A DNA stretch of 64,000 nucleotides, from positions 64,001-128,000 of the forward strand of contig CAVSJV010000007.1 in assembly GCA_963728405.1 (NCBI GenBank), given 5' to 3'. This stretch comes from Methanomassiliicoccaceae archaeon. Its GTDB lineage: Archaea > Thermoplasmatota > Thermoplasmata > Methanomassiliicoccales > Methanomassiliicoccaceae. Below are positions 42,625 to 52,428 of this stretch, piece after piece. The translations under genes were made by a program, and so were the position numbers. Every line of letters begins with the position of its first letter. Positions within the stretch are counted from its first letter, which is position 1. The notes beneath the pieces were generated by a model, which saw only the letters and a program-made list of their open reading frames with translations, made no database searches and was not told where the DNA came from.

Positions 42625-43707
42625 ATGGACCTTATACTGTTCCTTCTGAGCCTTGCCATCATCCTGACCAGTTGCGAGTTCTTCACCAACGGGGTGGAGT
42701 GGATGGGAAGGCGGTTCAACCTCGCCGAGGGTGCTGTAGGCAGCGTGCTGGCAGCGATAGGAACGGCCCTGCCGGAAACGATAGTTCCTCTCATCGCCAT
42801 CCTGGCCGTGGGCGGCAGTGCCGGTGAGGAGCTGGGCATCGGGGCCATACTGGGTTCGCCATTCATGCTGGCGACCCTCGCCCTGTTCGTGTGCGGCCTA
42901 TCGGTCCTGCTGTTCCGTAAGCGCAGGCGGACCAATTCATTATGCATCAATGGCAGCCTGGTGCGCCGGGACCTCAAGTTCTTCTTGCTGGCCTACTCCT
43001 TGGCCGTGGCGGCGGCATTCTTGCCGGCGGACCTCAAGTACCTTAAGGTGGTCCTGGGGGTCGGCTTGCTGGGCTTATATGGTGTCTATGTTTGGCAATC
43101 TCTCAAGACCGGCTCATCCAGCGAGGAGGAGCTCAAGGGCCTCTATTGCAGCCGTTTGTTCGGGGGCCGCTCCTCGAAGGAGGCGTTGCATCCGTCGGAG
43201 GATCCCGTGGCCGAAAAGATCGATGTCATCAGGAAACATCGCCCCGCCACCTGGATGATCTTCTTCCAGGTGTTCATGGCGCTGGTCGGGATCATCGGCG
43301 GTTCCTACATCTTTGTGGAACAGATAAAGGCCCTATCTATGGACATCCAGGCGCCCCTGGTCATCGTGGCCATCCTGATATCGCCCGTAGCCACGGAGCT
43401 CCCGGAGATGTTCAACGGCGTGCTGTGGATCCGGGAACGGAAGGACACCTACGCCATCGGCAACATCACTGGCGCGATGGTGTTCCAGTCATGCATACCG
43501 GTGACCGTCGGTCTGCTGCTCACGCCCTGGGCGATCGACCTGGCGGAAAAGACCAGCGGCCTCATGGCCGCAGCCATGGGCATCGCCCTGTTATCCGGCG
43601 CGATCCTTTACCTCCGCTCAACGGGCCAGGAGCTGAAAGTGTCCGCGTTGATGGTGGGCGGGCTTCTCTACATCTTCTTTTTCGTTCTGGTGCTTATGAA
43701 CGTATAG
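42625..43707 (+). CDS. Na+/Ca2+ antiporter (CaCA) family
   Basis: Alpha repeats GTALPE...GAILGSPF and ATELPE...GNITGAMVF. Confidence 0.9.
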   Translation: MDLILFLLSLAIILTSCEFFTNGVEWMGRRFNLAEGAVGSVLAAIGTALPETIVPLIAILAVGGSAGEELGIGAILGSPFMLATLALFVCGLSVLLFRKRRRTNSLCINGSLVRRDLKFFLLAYSLAVAAAFLPADLKYLKVVLGVGLLGLYGVYVWQSLKTGSSSEEELKGLYCSRLFGGRSSKEALHPSEDPVAEKIDVIRKHRPATWMIFFQVFMALVGIIGGSYIFVEQIKALSMDIQAPLVIVAILISPVATELPEMFNGVLWIRERKDTYAIGNITGAMVFQSCIPVTVGLLLTPWAIDLAEKTSGLMAAAMGIALLSGAILYLRSTGQELKVSALMVGGLLYIFFFVLVLMNV

Positions 43708-43751
43708 GTGATGCCCACATCAAATAACTAGAAATACCAGACGCATTTAAG

Positions 43752-45638
43752 TTGGTGGCCCATTTCGAGCACGGCAAGGTAGGCTTCCGATGGTGTGACA
43801 GCTGCGGGACCCTCATCCTCGGACCGAAGTGCGATGTCTGCGCTTCGGCCGGTAGATACTTCGAGGTCTCCAAGCCTGCGGATATAAGGCCCTGCATGGG
43901 CAAGAGCGCGGACGTGCTCTCTGATATTTTCCAGAAGCATTTCGGCGTCTCCGATTTCATTAGGAACCGTACCATATTCCTGAACAAGGTGTCGGGCGAG
44001 GACAGGACCGACGAGATAGTTTATCAGGGCATGGTCATCGGTACGCTCCGTTACGACCTCAAAGCCTGTGGGTTCCAGCTCGACCTGCGGCTGGAAGGCG
44101 CGTTACTGCTTCATCCCCTGGCCAAGAAAGGCGTTGTGGTGATCGGCCATGACACCGGTCATCTGAAGGGCAAGAACCTGCCGGGAAGGATGATCAATGA
44201 GATCAAAGGCGAGTTCGCGGCCGGCGATCCCCTGATCGTTCTGGCCGGAAGCCTGGTGTGCAGCGCCGTGGCCAAGGTGTCCAGCGAGGACGCTCCCACC
44301 GCCGACAAGGCCGTGGGCGTCAGGGATGTGGGCAAGGGCACCATCGAGGTCGTCAAGCGCAAATCCTCCTGGACCGGGTTCGTCAATGCCAATGAGGGCC
44401 ACTTCCGCACGCTCGAATCGAAGACCATATCGGACATCAAGTCCTTCGTCGGGAACAACAAGCTGCCCGTGACGCTCTCGTTCAGCGGGGGGAAGGATTC
44501 CCTGGCCTGCTACGGGCTGGCGTCCCGGGCGCTCGAGGAGTACGTGCTCATCTTCGTCAACACCGGCCTGGAGTTCCCGGAGACGGTTCGCTTCGTCGAG
44601 GAGTTTGCCAAGAAGAACCGCAAGCGCCTGCTGATAGCTGATGCAGGCAACGCGTTCTGGGAACAGGTCGACTCGTTCGGCCCGCCGGCCAAGGACTTCC
44701 GGTGGTGCTGCAAGGTCTGCAAGCTCGCCCCCCTGACCGAGCTGATCGAGAGAAACTTCCCCCAGGGAACGGTCACCATAGAGGGCAACCGCGCCTACGA
44801 GTCCTTCGCCCGCTCAAACATCGCCTTTGTCGAAAGGAACCCCTTCGTCCCGAACCAGGTAATACTCAACCCCATCCGGGAATGGAGGGCAGTAGAGGTG
44901 TGGGGCTATATCTGGTGGAGGAACCTCGATTACAATCCACTTTACGAACAGGATTTCGAGCGCATCGGGTGTTACCTGTGCCCCTCCTGCCTGGAAAGCG
45001 AATGGAAGAACACCTCCCGGATCCACCCCAAGCTACACGCCCAATGGAACGCCCACCTGAAGGCGTGGTCCGAGAAGAACGGTGGAAGCGAGGAGTACGT
45101 CAAGTACGGCTTCTGGCGATGGAAGGTCTTCCCGCGGAAAATGAAACAGCTGGCCGAGGAAGTGGACCTGAAACTTCCGGAGGTCCGTTCTGACCGCATC
45201 GACCTTAAGTGGGTCAAGGGCGTGTCGCCCTGCGTCACGGGAGGCTATTCCGCCGAGGGAGTGCTGTCCGTGCCGCACAAGAGGGAATTCCCCATGATCG
45301 TGGAGGCCCTCAAGACCATCGGTCAAGTAAAGTACTCCAAGGACTTCGAGATCGCTCTGGTCAAGACCAAGGATTCCACCCTAAAAGTGTTCGGGGGCGG
45401 TCAGCTGGTGGCGACGGGGCCCTCTCCGGAAAAAGCCCAGCAGATCTTCGAGGCCGGGGCCAAGGCGTTGCTGCGGGCCCAGCTGTGCACGCAATGTGGC
45501 ATATGCATTCGCAGCTGCCGCACCAAGGCCATCACCATCGACCGCGGGCTGATCGTGAACGAGGAGCGATGCAACCGGTGCGGCAAGTGCGCCGAAGCGT
45601 GTGTGGTCGCGCACTACTATGATAAGCTGGTGAAATAG
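43752..45638 (+). CDS. PAPS-reductase family protein with PUA-like and 4Fe-4S domains
   Basis: N-term WCDSC...CDVC; SFSGGKDS; RWCCKVCKLAP; RIGCYLCP; C-term CTQCGICIRSC and CNRCGKCAEAC. Confidence 0.9.
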   Translation: MVAHFEHGKVGFRWCDSCGTLILGPKCDVCASAGRYFEVSKPADIRPCMGKSADVLSDIFQKHFGVSDFIRNRTIFLNKVSGEDRTDEIVYQGMVIGTLRYDLKACGFQLDLRLEGALLLHPLAKKGVVVIGHDTGHLKGKNLPGRMINEIKGEFAAGDPLIVLAGSLVCSAVAKVSSEDAPTADKAVGVRDVGKGTIEVVKRKSSWTGFVNANEGHFRTLESKTISDIKSFVGNNKLPVTLSFSGGKDSLACYGLASRALEEYVLIFVNTGLEFPETVRFVEEFAKKNRKRLLIADAGNAFWEQVDSFGPPAKDFRWCCKVCKLAPLTELIERNFPQGTVTIEGNRAYESFARSNIAFVERNPFVPNQVILNPIREWRAVEVWGYIWWRNLDYNPLYEQDFERIGCYLCPSCLESEWKNTSRIHPKLHAQWNAHLKAWSEKNGGSEEYVKYGFWRWKVFPRKMKQLAEEVDLKLPEVRSDRIDLKWVKGVSPCVTGGYSAEGVLSVPHKREFPMIVEALKTIGQVKYSKDFEIALVKTKDSTLKVFGGGQLVATGPSPEKAQQIFEAGAKALLRAQLCTQCGICIRSCRTKAITIDRGLIVNEERCNRCGKCAEACVVAHYYDKLVK

Positions 45639-45677
45639 CCATAGTTTAAAATAGGGACACATTTTCCTAGGGGATGG

Positions 45678-46403
45678 ATGGACTTCACTTCCTTAGCGGC
45701 CGCGGCCATTGGTTTCGCCCCGCCCATAGTCCTGATGCTATGGACCCTGCAGAACTACACCTACCCTAAGGTCGAAAAGCCCTACTTCAGCGATCCCACG
45801 CTGTTCGGCATGTTCGCCATAGGGATCGTCGTGGGGGTCGCCCTTTACGTTGTCTCATTGCTCATAGCGCCGGCATACGCCTTGGTCGGATTCTTCCTCG
45901 AGGAGACGGTCAAGCTCATGATCATAAACATGCCGAGGTTCCAACGGCGTGCCGACACCCCGTTCTACGCGTTCGGTCTCAGTGCGGGGATAGCTTCTGC
46001 CCTGGCCTTTGGGCTGGTGAATCGGGCGTTGGTCGGCGTGGGCTTCGACGCCGTGGCGGTCATCATCATGGTCGTGTACTCGATCATGATCGCCCTCTTG
46101 CAAATTTCCACCGGTACGACCATCGGGATGGGTGTGGCCCGAGGGACGCCCTGGCCGTTCTTCGGGCAGGCGGTAGTGGTGCATCTGGCAGCAGTGCTGC
46201 TGCTCGTCCCCTTCAGCACGGTCCTCGGCGAAGGCGAGAGCGCGATAGGCATCGTCCTGTTCGTGGTGGCCTTCTTCTTTGTAGCAACCTACTATTGGTA
46301 TGTCCACCGCAAGCTCCTTCCCGCGTACGTCAGGGAGGCTCTGGCTAAGATGGGAGGTATGAAACCTAAAAAGGCGAGAAAGGAACGCAGGTCGAAAGTT
46401 TGA
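45678..46403 (+). CDS. Membrane protein, PrsW-like
   Basis: Multiple TMs with EETVK (EExxK) and a later VVH; the other PrsW motifs are degenerate. Confidence 0.55.
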   Translation: MDFTSLAAAAIGFAPPIVLMLWTLQNYTYPKVEKPYFSDPTLFGMFAIGIVVGVALYVVSLLIAPAYALVGFFLEETVKLMIINMPRFQRRADTPFYAFGLSAGIASALAFGLVNRALVGVGFDAVAVIIMVVYSIMIALLQISTGTTIGMGVARGTPWPFFGQAVVVHLAAVLLLVPFSTVLGEGESAIGIVLFVVAFFFVATYYWYVHRKLLPAYVREALAKMGGMKPKKARKERRSKV

Positions 46404-46414
46404 AATCATATTAA

Positions 46415-47558
46415 TTGGGTGATAATAACGTGGAACAAGGTCAGAAGAAGCGTTCGGCCGTGAAGGCGATCGCTGTGATCGCCGTTGTGATAATACTTGC
46501 CCTTCTTCTCTTGACGCCTGCGGTCCAGGGTTTTCTAAGGGACCTTATTCAGTCCCCATTCCAGCCTCGTTACCCGGAGAGCGCGACCTTCACCCTCGAG
46601 CGGACGATGACCGTGGACGCCAACGGCGGCGAGGTGCTGAACTACACGTTCGACATTTGCGAGCCGATCAATATCTCACAGAACGGTTACGCCATCCAGG
46701 ATGTCAGCTCCATCGCCTATTCTCCAGCCGTATCGACCGAGGACAGTCCGGTATGGCCAGAACTGGGTCACCTGGTACGGGTCGTCCTTCTCTGGTCAAA
46801 AGGCCAAGACCTCCACCGCCACTTACGAAGTGACGGTATACACGCACATATGGGACATCGACAAAGAGAAGTCGCTTAACGTGTCCGATATCCCGTCGTC
46901 CCTGAAAGCGACCTACCTGCACGACGAGTGGAAGATGGACATGTCCTCCTCCGAGATCGTGGCCACATCAAATTCTATCGTCGGCACCGAGACCAATGTT
47001 TACCAGATCCTGCGGGACATCTATAACTGGATGACAGCCAATGTTCGGTATCCGACCACGACCTCCGGCGGCGAGCCGCAGAGCGCCCTGGAGACCCTGA
47101 GCTCCCGAGTGGGCGATTGCGACGACCAATCCATCCTGTTCTGCTCACTGGCCCGGGCTGCGGGTGTGCCGGCATGGCTGCAGATGGGCGCGCTGTACGT
47201 GAACGCCGAGAACAGCTGGGGAGGCCACGGATGGCTGCAGGCCTACATTCCGCTCAGGTCAGGCGGCGGAGAGAACGTGACCATCGACGTGGTCAACAAG
47301 GATTTCCTGGTGTTCCGTCCTAACCGGTTCGTGGACTTCACCGACGACGGCGCTGGTGACCATCTGAGCGATTATTATTACACTTTCTACACTACCTACG
47401 ACCCCAAGACCTATGCTCCGGGATCGGGACCGGAGTATAGCGAGGCGTACGTGAAGATCAGCTATGTGGAGTCGAGCAAGAAGATTAGCCAGGGGGCGGT
47501 GTACGAGTTGGCCGACCTCATACAGGTCGGTACCGTCCGGGTGCAGACTCGTAGATGA
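46415..47558 (+). CDS. Membrane-anchored transglutaminase-like protein (frameshift at about 46740)
   Basis: N-term TM; GDCDDQSILFCSLARAAGVPA, GHGWLQ, TIDV catalytic triad. Confidence 0.85.
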
Positions 47559-47949
47559 TGCCAGCGCTGAGCATTCGGGCCATCAGCTTGTCAAGAGCAC
47601 CCTCGTCCGCGGTCCCCAGCGCCTTCATGATGTCGTCCTTGGTGAAGGCCTTGCTTTCCTTTGATAGCTCCAGGACCAGCGACCTCATCGCCTGCTCGTC
47701 GGACGGGATCCCGGTGCGAGGGACTGGGGCGCTCGGATAAGGAGCGCCGGGCATCTCGATGTCGTAGACCAGCCGCGCCCCGACCTGCCGGACGCCATCG
47801 GCCAGCTCTTTGGGGGAATCGGTAGAAAAATAGACCTTGGCCCTCTTGACATCGATCTTGCCCCCGCAGCGGGGGCAGGTTATGCGGGCCATGTTGAGAT
47901 CCGCCCCCTGCACCAGGGTGCAGTGCGGACAGATAATCACGCCGAACAT
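47518..47949 (-). CDS. Zn-ribbon (DUF1922-like) + C-terminal winged-helix protein
   Basis: MFGVIICPHC...TCPRCG; C-term LSAGIIYESAPGRYRPV. The ATG directly follows the IS right end. Confidence 0.7.
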   Translation of the reverse strand: MFGVIICPHCTLVQGADLNMARITCPRCGGKIDVKRAKVYFSTDSPKELADGVRQVGARLVYDIEMPGAPYPSAPVPRTGIPSDEQAMRSLVLELSKESKAFTKDDIMKALGTADEGALDKLMARMLSAGIIYESAPGRYRPV

Positions 47950-49250
47950 GTGAACTACCCCTCCGAAGGGGCGTCTTGCTTCAACCACTCGACTTGCATC
48001 ATTCTCAATGATGTAGCGGTCCAATGTCCACAAGCGAGTTCGGGCAGTTCCTGCCCTACCTTCTCAATACCTCGGTGGAGGATATTGATGGAAGCGTTAT
48101 GGTCACGCGATAGCGATAGACCACAGAATGGACAGTCGTGTCGTCTATCGCCTAGTGTTTTAGGAACTAGCTTGCCGCAGCCGGAGCACATCTGACTCGT
48201 GTTTCTTGGATCGACCTGAACGAACAGCTTACCAGCATTTTCAGCTTTGTAAGCTAGTTCCTGGTTCAGCGAACTCCAAGACGCGTCGGATATGCTTCTT
48301 GCTAGTCTGCGATTCTTGACCATGTTGCCTGGGTTAAGTTTCTCCGTGACAATGAGGTCGTAATTGTTCACGTACGCTCTTGAGACCTTGTGCTGAAAGT
48401 CGTTCCGCTGGTTCTCAACTCTTTCGTGGCATCTAGCGACGATGATGCGCTGCTTCTCTTTGTTCTTCGAACCTCTTTGCTTTTTGCTCAATCGTCTTTG
48501 TTCTTTTCTTAACTTCTTCAACGCTTGCTTAAGATGGCGAGGATTTTCGATCTCGTGGCCGTCGCTGTCGACGATGTAGTGATCTAAACCAACGTCTAGT
48601 CCGATGGCCTGCTCGATTTTGACCGTTTCGTAATTGTCTAAGCCAGTATCGACGACAATGAAGGCGTACCATTCACCCGATGACATTTGTTTTATAGTTA
48701 TTTGCTTGATTCTGCCAATAACCTCGTGATGAAGACGAATTGGGATTTCCCCTATTTTCGACAAATAAAGAAGACCGAACTTATCATTTTTTGGCAATAG
48801 TTTGAACCCTATCTGATTGTAGGTAAAGGACTTGAATCGAGTCTTATTCTTGAAACGCAGCTTGCCAATTCTCTTCCCTTTTTCCTTAATTGCCCTTTGA
48901 GCCTTAATGTTATAAAACAGACGATCCCTCACAGGCTGAAGGCATTTTGAGTAGACGTCTCTTAGTTCTGGCATCTCATCCTTGAGCTGTGTTAGGAACC
49001 TGCCCGTCTCATAATGGTCCATTAGCCCAGCATTGTACTCCTCCAGAAGTCTATTATATACCAAGCAACAAAGATCCCTAACCCGGATGAGCTCCCGCTC
49101 TTGATCCATATTTGGATAGATGCGGAACTTGTTGGTGAGTATCATCTCTGTCAAAAATTCTTCATGACATTGATGGTTATAAGGTTAGAGGGGAGGTGAG
49201 CGAAAGTGCTCTAAAATGGGCTCACTCCTATCTCTTCCCAGGGGTTGACT
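47950..49250 (-). mobile_element. IS200/IS605-family (IS1341-like, tnpB-only) element; left boundary approximate
   Basis: AT-richer than flanks. Right end GACGCCCCTTCGGAGGGGTAGTTCAC (hairpin + TTCAC) ends at 47950. An imperfect hairpin GGAGTGAGC...GCTCACCTCC lies upstream of tnpB. No tnpA. Confidence 0.82.
47955..49154 (-). CDS. tnpB: RNA-guided endonuclease TnpB
   Basis: KFRIYPN...YNRLL; RuvC-I IGLDVGL, RuvC-II IVTEKL, Zn finger CSGC...CPFC, RuvC-III RDHNASINI. Confidence 0.95.
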   Translation of the reverse strand: MTEMILTNKFRIYPNMDQERELIRVRDLCCLVYNRLLEEYNAGLMDHYETGRFLTQLKDEMPELRDVYSKCLQPVRDRLFYNIKAQRAIKEKGKRIGKLRFKNKTRFKSFTYNQIGFKLLPKNDKFGLLYLSKIGEIPIRLHHEVIGRIKQITIKQMSSGEWYAFIVVDTGLDNYETVKIEQAIGLDVGLDHYIVDSDGHEIENPRHLKQALKKLRKEQRRLSKKQRGSKNKEKQRIIVARCHERVENQRNDFQHKVSRAYVNNYDLIVTEKLNPGNMVKNRRLARSISDASWSSLNQELAYKAENAGKLFVQVDPRNTSQMCSGCGKLVPKTLGDRRHDCPFCGLSLSRDHNASINILHRGIEKVGQELPELACGHWTATSLRMMQVEWLKQDAPSEG

Positions 49251-49261
49251 ACTCATCAGAT

Positions 49262-49732
49262 CTAGTATTCGACGAATACCAGGGCAGCGACGCAGGCCCC
49301 ATAGTTGTCCATGGGGACGGAGAGCTCCTCGATCCGGTACTCGATGGCCTCCATCTCGATGCCCCTGAGCTTGGCCATCTCGTCCATCTTCCATTCCATG
49401 ATCTCGCGCAGGGCCTTCTTTGATCCATGGATATGTCCCTCGGCAACATAGCCGCCCTTACCGTCCTTTCGGAACCCGTAGGCGATGCCGGCGGAGATCA
49501 TCTCACCCTCCCCGCCTCTCATTTGGGCGAGGACGCAGTGGGTGATGGTCCCCATGGGCAGCTCTCGGATCCCTACCTGCTCGGCGTTGACCGGCAGGAC
49601 CGATGAGACGGAGACGATGTTAAGCTCGCCGATGCCGGCCTCGAGCAATGCCTTGTCGAAGGCATTTAGGTCGGAGACCTTGCTCACGGCGCAGCCAGAG
49701 GAGACGAAGAATTTCTTTGGGACGAGATGCAT
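49262..49732 (-). CDS. pdaD: Pyruvoyl-dependent arginine decarboxylase
   Basis: LNAFDKALLEAGIGELNIVSVSSVLP (SS self-cleavage site), ISAGI, GYVAE. Confidence 0.9.
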   Translation of the reverse strand: MHLVPKKFFVSSGCAVSKVSDLNAFDKALLEAGIGELNIVSVSSVLPVNAEQVGIRELPMGTITHCVLAQMRGGEGEMISAGIAYGFRKDGKGGYVAEGHIHGSKKALREIMEWKMDEMAKLRGIEMEAIEYRIEELSVPMDNYGACVAALVFVEY

Positions 49733-49936
49733 AAACCGATGTAATTAGCACCTCGAATTTAAGGGTTTCCCTCTCCGACCAAGCGGCGTGGTAACGGTGC
49801 TCCCAGGCTGACCGCCGATGGCCCTCGCCGTGTAAATTATATGGAAATAAAGATTAATTAAGTCGGATGATCCGTTCCCGATGGTTTCGGACAACATAGC
49901 GCTCAGCGACACCTTGGCCGATCGATTCGATGCGCC

Positions 49937-50911
49937 TCAGTCTTCCAACTTCATCATTTCCATGCGCTGGGGTGTCGATTGATCGGTCCGGATGTCCCGG
50001 AACTCGCGCTCCAGCATCTTCACCTCACGGCTGTTCAGGGCCCCCGGGCTTATGGGCAGCAGGAAAATGGAATCGGTCACTGCCGTCGCTTCGGACAGGA
50101 GCTGCACGAATTTCAGTATCTTGTTGAAGTTGTTCTGGGAGACCAGGTACTCAAGCCCGCTTATCAGGAAGACCGCCCCCTCGCTCTGCTCGAGGAAGGT
50201 CTTGATCTCGTTATAGATGAGCGGGACATTGGTCGGCTCTCGAGCGTTGCCCTTATCGCCCTCATAGGACAACCACACCAGCTGCGCCCCGTCCAGGCGA
50301 AAGGTCTTACGCAGCCTCTCGGGATATTCTCTGGAGATGCAAAGGCCCCGGCTCCCGTGGGCGATGTAGTCCTCCAGGATCTCGAACGCCTCCCGGGAGT
50401 TATCGGACTCGATCAAGTACGCGCAGCCGGATTCCAGATTATACTTCCTCGCCGACGCACTGATGGCCAGGGGCGGGGGGGCCGAGGCCATCTCGGACGG
50501 GATGAGATGGTGCACGCACCTCTCCGCCCCCTGGGACATGCACACGACCTCGGTGGCCTTGTAATGCCGCCCCAACAGCCCGGAGGCGATGCCCGACAGG
50601 TAACCGCGGGTGAAATCGCATCGGCGGCCATGGGAGGCCTCGACCGATTCGTCAAAGGTGACCACGATCTCGTCGGCTGTGACCTTCATCACCTTCGTTC
50701 TGGACAACCCGCTCTCCGACCACAGCTGGGAGAAGACCTCGGCGAAGCTGTCCAATTCAGTGACCGGTACGTCCAACGAACTGACCAGGGTCATGCCCGC
50801 CTTGAACCCGGTCCGTTCCAGGGTCTCTCCGGCCCAATCCCCGGCCATCAGTTCCAGCTCTTCACGGAGCGACAATAGCGCGGACGCCGGCATGACGAAG
50901 AAAGGGTTCAC
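49937..50911 (-). CDS. V4R-domain + DUF835 (inactive KaiC/RecA-like) fusion
   Basis: V4R: WSESGL...CDFTRGYLSG...EVVCMSQGAERCVH. DUF835: GLCISREYPERL...VWLS...GLEYLVSQNNFNKILKFVQLLSE...EVKMLERE. Confidence 0.85.
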   Translation of the reverse strand: MNPFFVMPASALLSLREELELMAGDWAGETLERTGFKAGMTLVSSLDVPVTELDSFAEVFSQLWSESGLSRTKVMKVTADEIVVTFDESVEASHGRRCDFTRGYLSGIASGLLGRHYKATEVVCMSQGAERCVHHLIPSEMASAPPPLAISASARKYNLESGCAYLIESDNSREAFEILEDYIAHGSRGLCISREYPERLRKTFRLDGAQLVWLSYEGDKGNAREPTNVPLIYNEIKTFLEQSEGAVFLISGLEYLVSQNNFNKILKFVQLLSEATAVTDSIFLLPISPGALNSREVKMLEREFRDIRTDQSTPQRMEMMKLED

Positions 50912-51420
50912 TTCCCGGCCTCCATGACCATTCGGCCCAAGCTCTCAAAGGCCTCCTGGACGCCGTTCCCGGTCTTGGCACTGGTGAACAGTAGCTCTCG
51001 TCCCATCTTCGCCCTGGTCTCGAGGACGTTCTTCAGCTCCAGCTTGCTCTCGAGATCGGACTTGTTCACGATAGGGATGACCGGCACCGGCCCGGTGACG
51101 TTCTCCAGGTCCGTCTTCCATTGGGGAAGGTGCAGGAGCGTCTCCTCGCGGGTCTGGTCGCAGACCAGCAGGGCACCGTTAGCTCCGTTATAATAGGCGG
51201 CATGCAAGGTCTTTTGAGACCTTTGGCCAAGCACATCCCAGATCATAAGGGTGAGCTGGACGTCCTCGTACTCGATGACCTTCTTGGAGACCTTGGTGCC
51301 GAAGCTCATGATATACTCGTCTCTGAAACAATCAAGCACGTACCTGCCGATCAGACTGGTCTTCCCGACTCCGCCGTCCCCTAAAAGGCAGACCTTGCGG
51401 ATAATCCTCTTCTTGTCCAT
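50908..51420 (-). CDS. Ras-superfamily (Rab-like/Rup) small GTPase
   Basis: G1 GDGGVGKTS, G2 region YIMSFG, G3 IWDVLGQ, G4 NKSD, G5 TSAKTG; no C-terminal Cys. Confidence 0.92.
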   Translation of the reverse strand: MDKKRIIRKVCLLGDGGVGKTSLIGRYVLDCFRDEYIMSFGTKVSKKVIEYEDVQLTLMIWDVLGQRSQKTLHAAYYNGANGALLVCDQTREETLLHLPQWKTDLENVTGPVPVIPIVNKSDLESKLELKNVLETRAKMGRELLFTSAKTGNGVQEAFESLGRMVMEAGK

Positions 51421-51512
51421 GGCAGGCCGGAAAGAATCGCCATGTCCGTATAAATACATTAGCTGGAAAAAATCGTTCTCCCGTTCTTATAAAATGGAAA
51501 GGCGGGGCGGCC

Positions 51513-52280
51513 TCAGCCGTAGACCACCGATTCCTCGGGCGTTAGCTTCTTGGGCTGGTTGACGCTCTCCATGGCCGCCTTGATCTGCCGCTCGATCTCC
51601 TCCGCTTCCTTGTACAATGGGTCGGGGTCGATCTTGATCTCTGGCAACATCTTGGCCACTACCTCCAGGAGCTTGGCCGAACCCCTGGCATCGGGGAAGT
51701 TGACCCGGGCCGGTCCCAGCAGGCAGATGACGTCCAGGCCGCGGATCTCGCCGCCGAAGAGCATGACCCCGGTGATGCCGCTGACCATGCCCTCCTTCAT
51801 CTCCTCCACCCCGTATTTTTTAAGGAGCTCTCTGCTCGCCGGGGAGCTGCCGACCCCATAGATCTTGGGCTCGTCCGTCGTTTGCCAGTTGATGCCCTCA
51901 AGGGACACGATGGTCTTGACCCCCTTCTCCTGGCAATAGTTCAATAGCGTATCGGCGAGCGGCTGCACCAGCTCCGGCTTGGGCATGAACTCGGCCGCGA
52001 CGGTGATGAGCTGCCTACACTGCTCTCCCTTATCGCTGCAACGTCGCTGGCCCGCGTACACTCGGACTGGCGGGGAGGGTACCCCTTCGTGGATGAGGGT
52101 ATAAGGGGGGAAGTCCTTGGACATGATCCCGGCAACACGCTCCAGCTTGGAGGTCCTGATGATAAAATTGGCCGCTATGGAGCTGACCAGCCCTACCGAG
52201 GGGAACCCCACTATCATCATGCCGTCATTGAAATTATCCGTTTTGTACTCGTGGATGATCAGGTCTGATGTCATAGTCAT
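51513..52280 (-). CDS. PAC2-family proteasome assembly chaperone (PbaA/PbaB-like)
   Basis: IVGFPSVGLVSSIA, PPVRVY, SGITGVML, PDARGSAKLL, LYKEAEEIE; C-terminal VYG is an HbYX-type motif. Confidence 0.88.
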   Translation of the reverse strand: MTMTSDLIIHEYKTDNFNDGMMIVGFPSVGLVSSIAANFIIRTSKLERVAGIMSKDFPPYTLIHEGVPSPPVRVYAGQRRCSDKGEQCRQLITVAAEFMPKPELVQPLADTLLNYCQEKGVKTIVSLEGINWQTTDEPKIYGVGSSPASRELLKKYGVEEMKEGMVSGITGVMLFGGEIRGLDVICLLGPARVNFPDARGSAKLLEVVAKMLPEIKIDPDPLYKEAEEIERQIKAAMESVNQPKKLTPEESVVYG

Positions 52281-52428
52281 TCCTTCGGACAGTTCTCGAT
52301 TTCAGGCGAGCGTACTTAATCCTTTTCCGTACCCAGGCTTCCCAACGGCCCCCAGGTTCGTTCAGAAGACGGATTCAGGTGACGGATATGGAAAGTAATA
52401 TGGTCGGGCTCGCTCTTTTGAAGGGTCC

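Noticed and set aside
47518-47949. Zn-finger protein as the missing RING E3
   Set aside because: Only two CxxC pairs (Zn ribbon), not the eight-ligand cross-brace RING pattern, and more than 30 kb from the operon.
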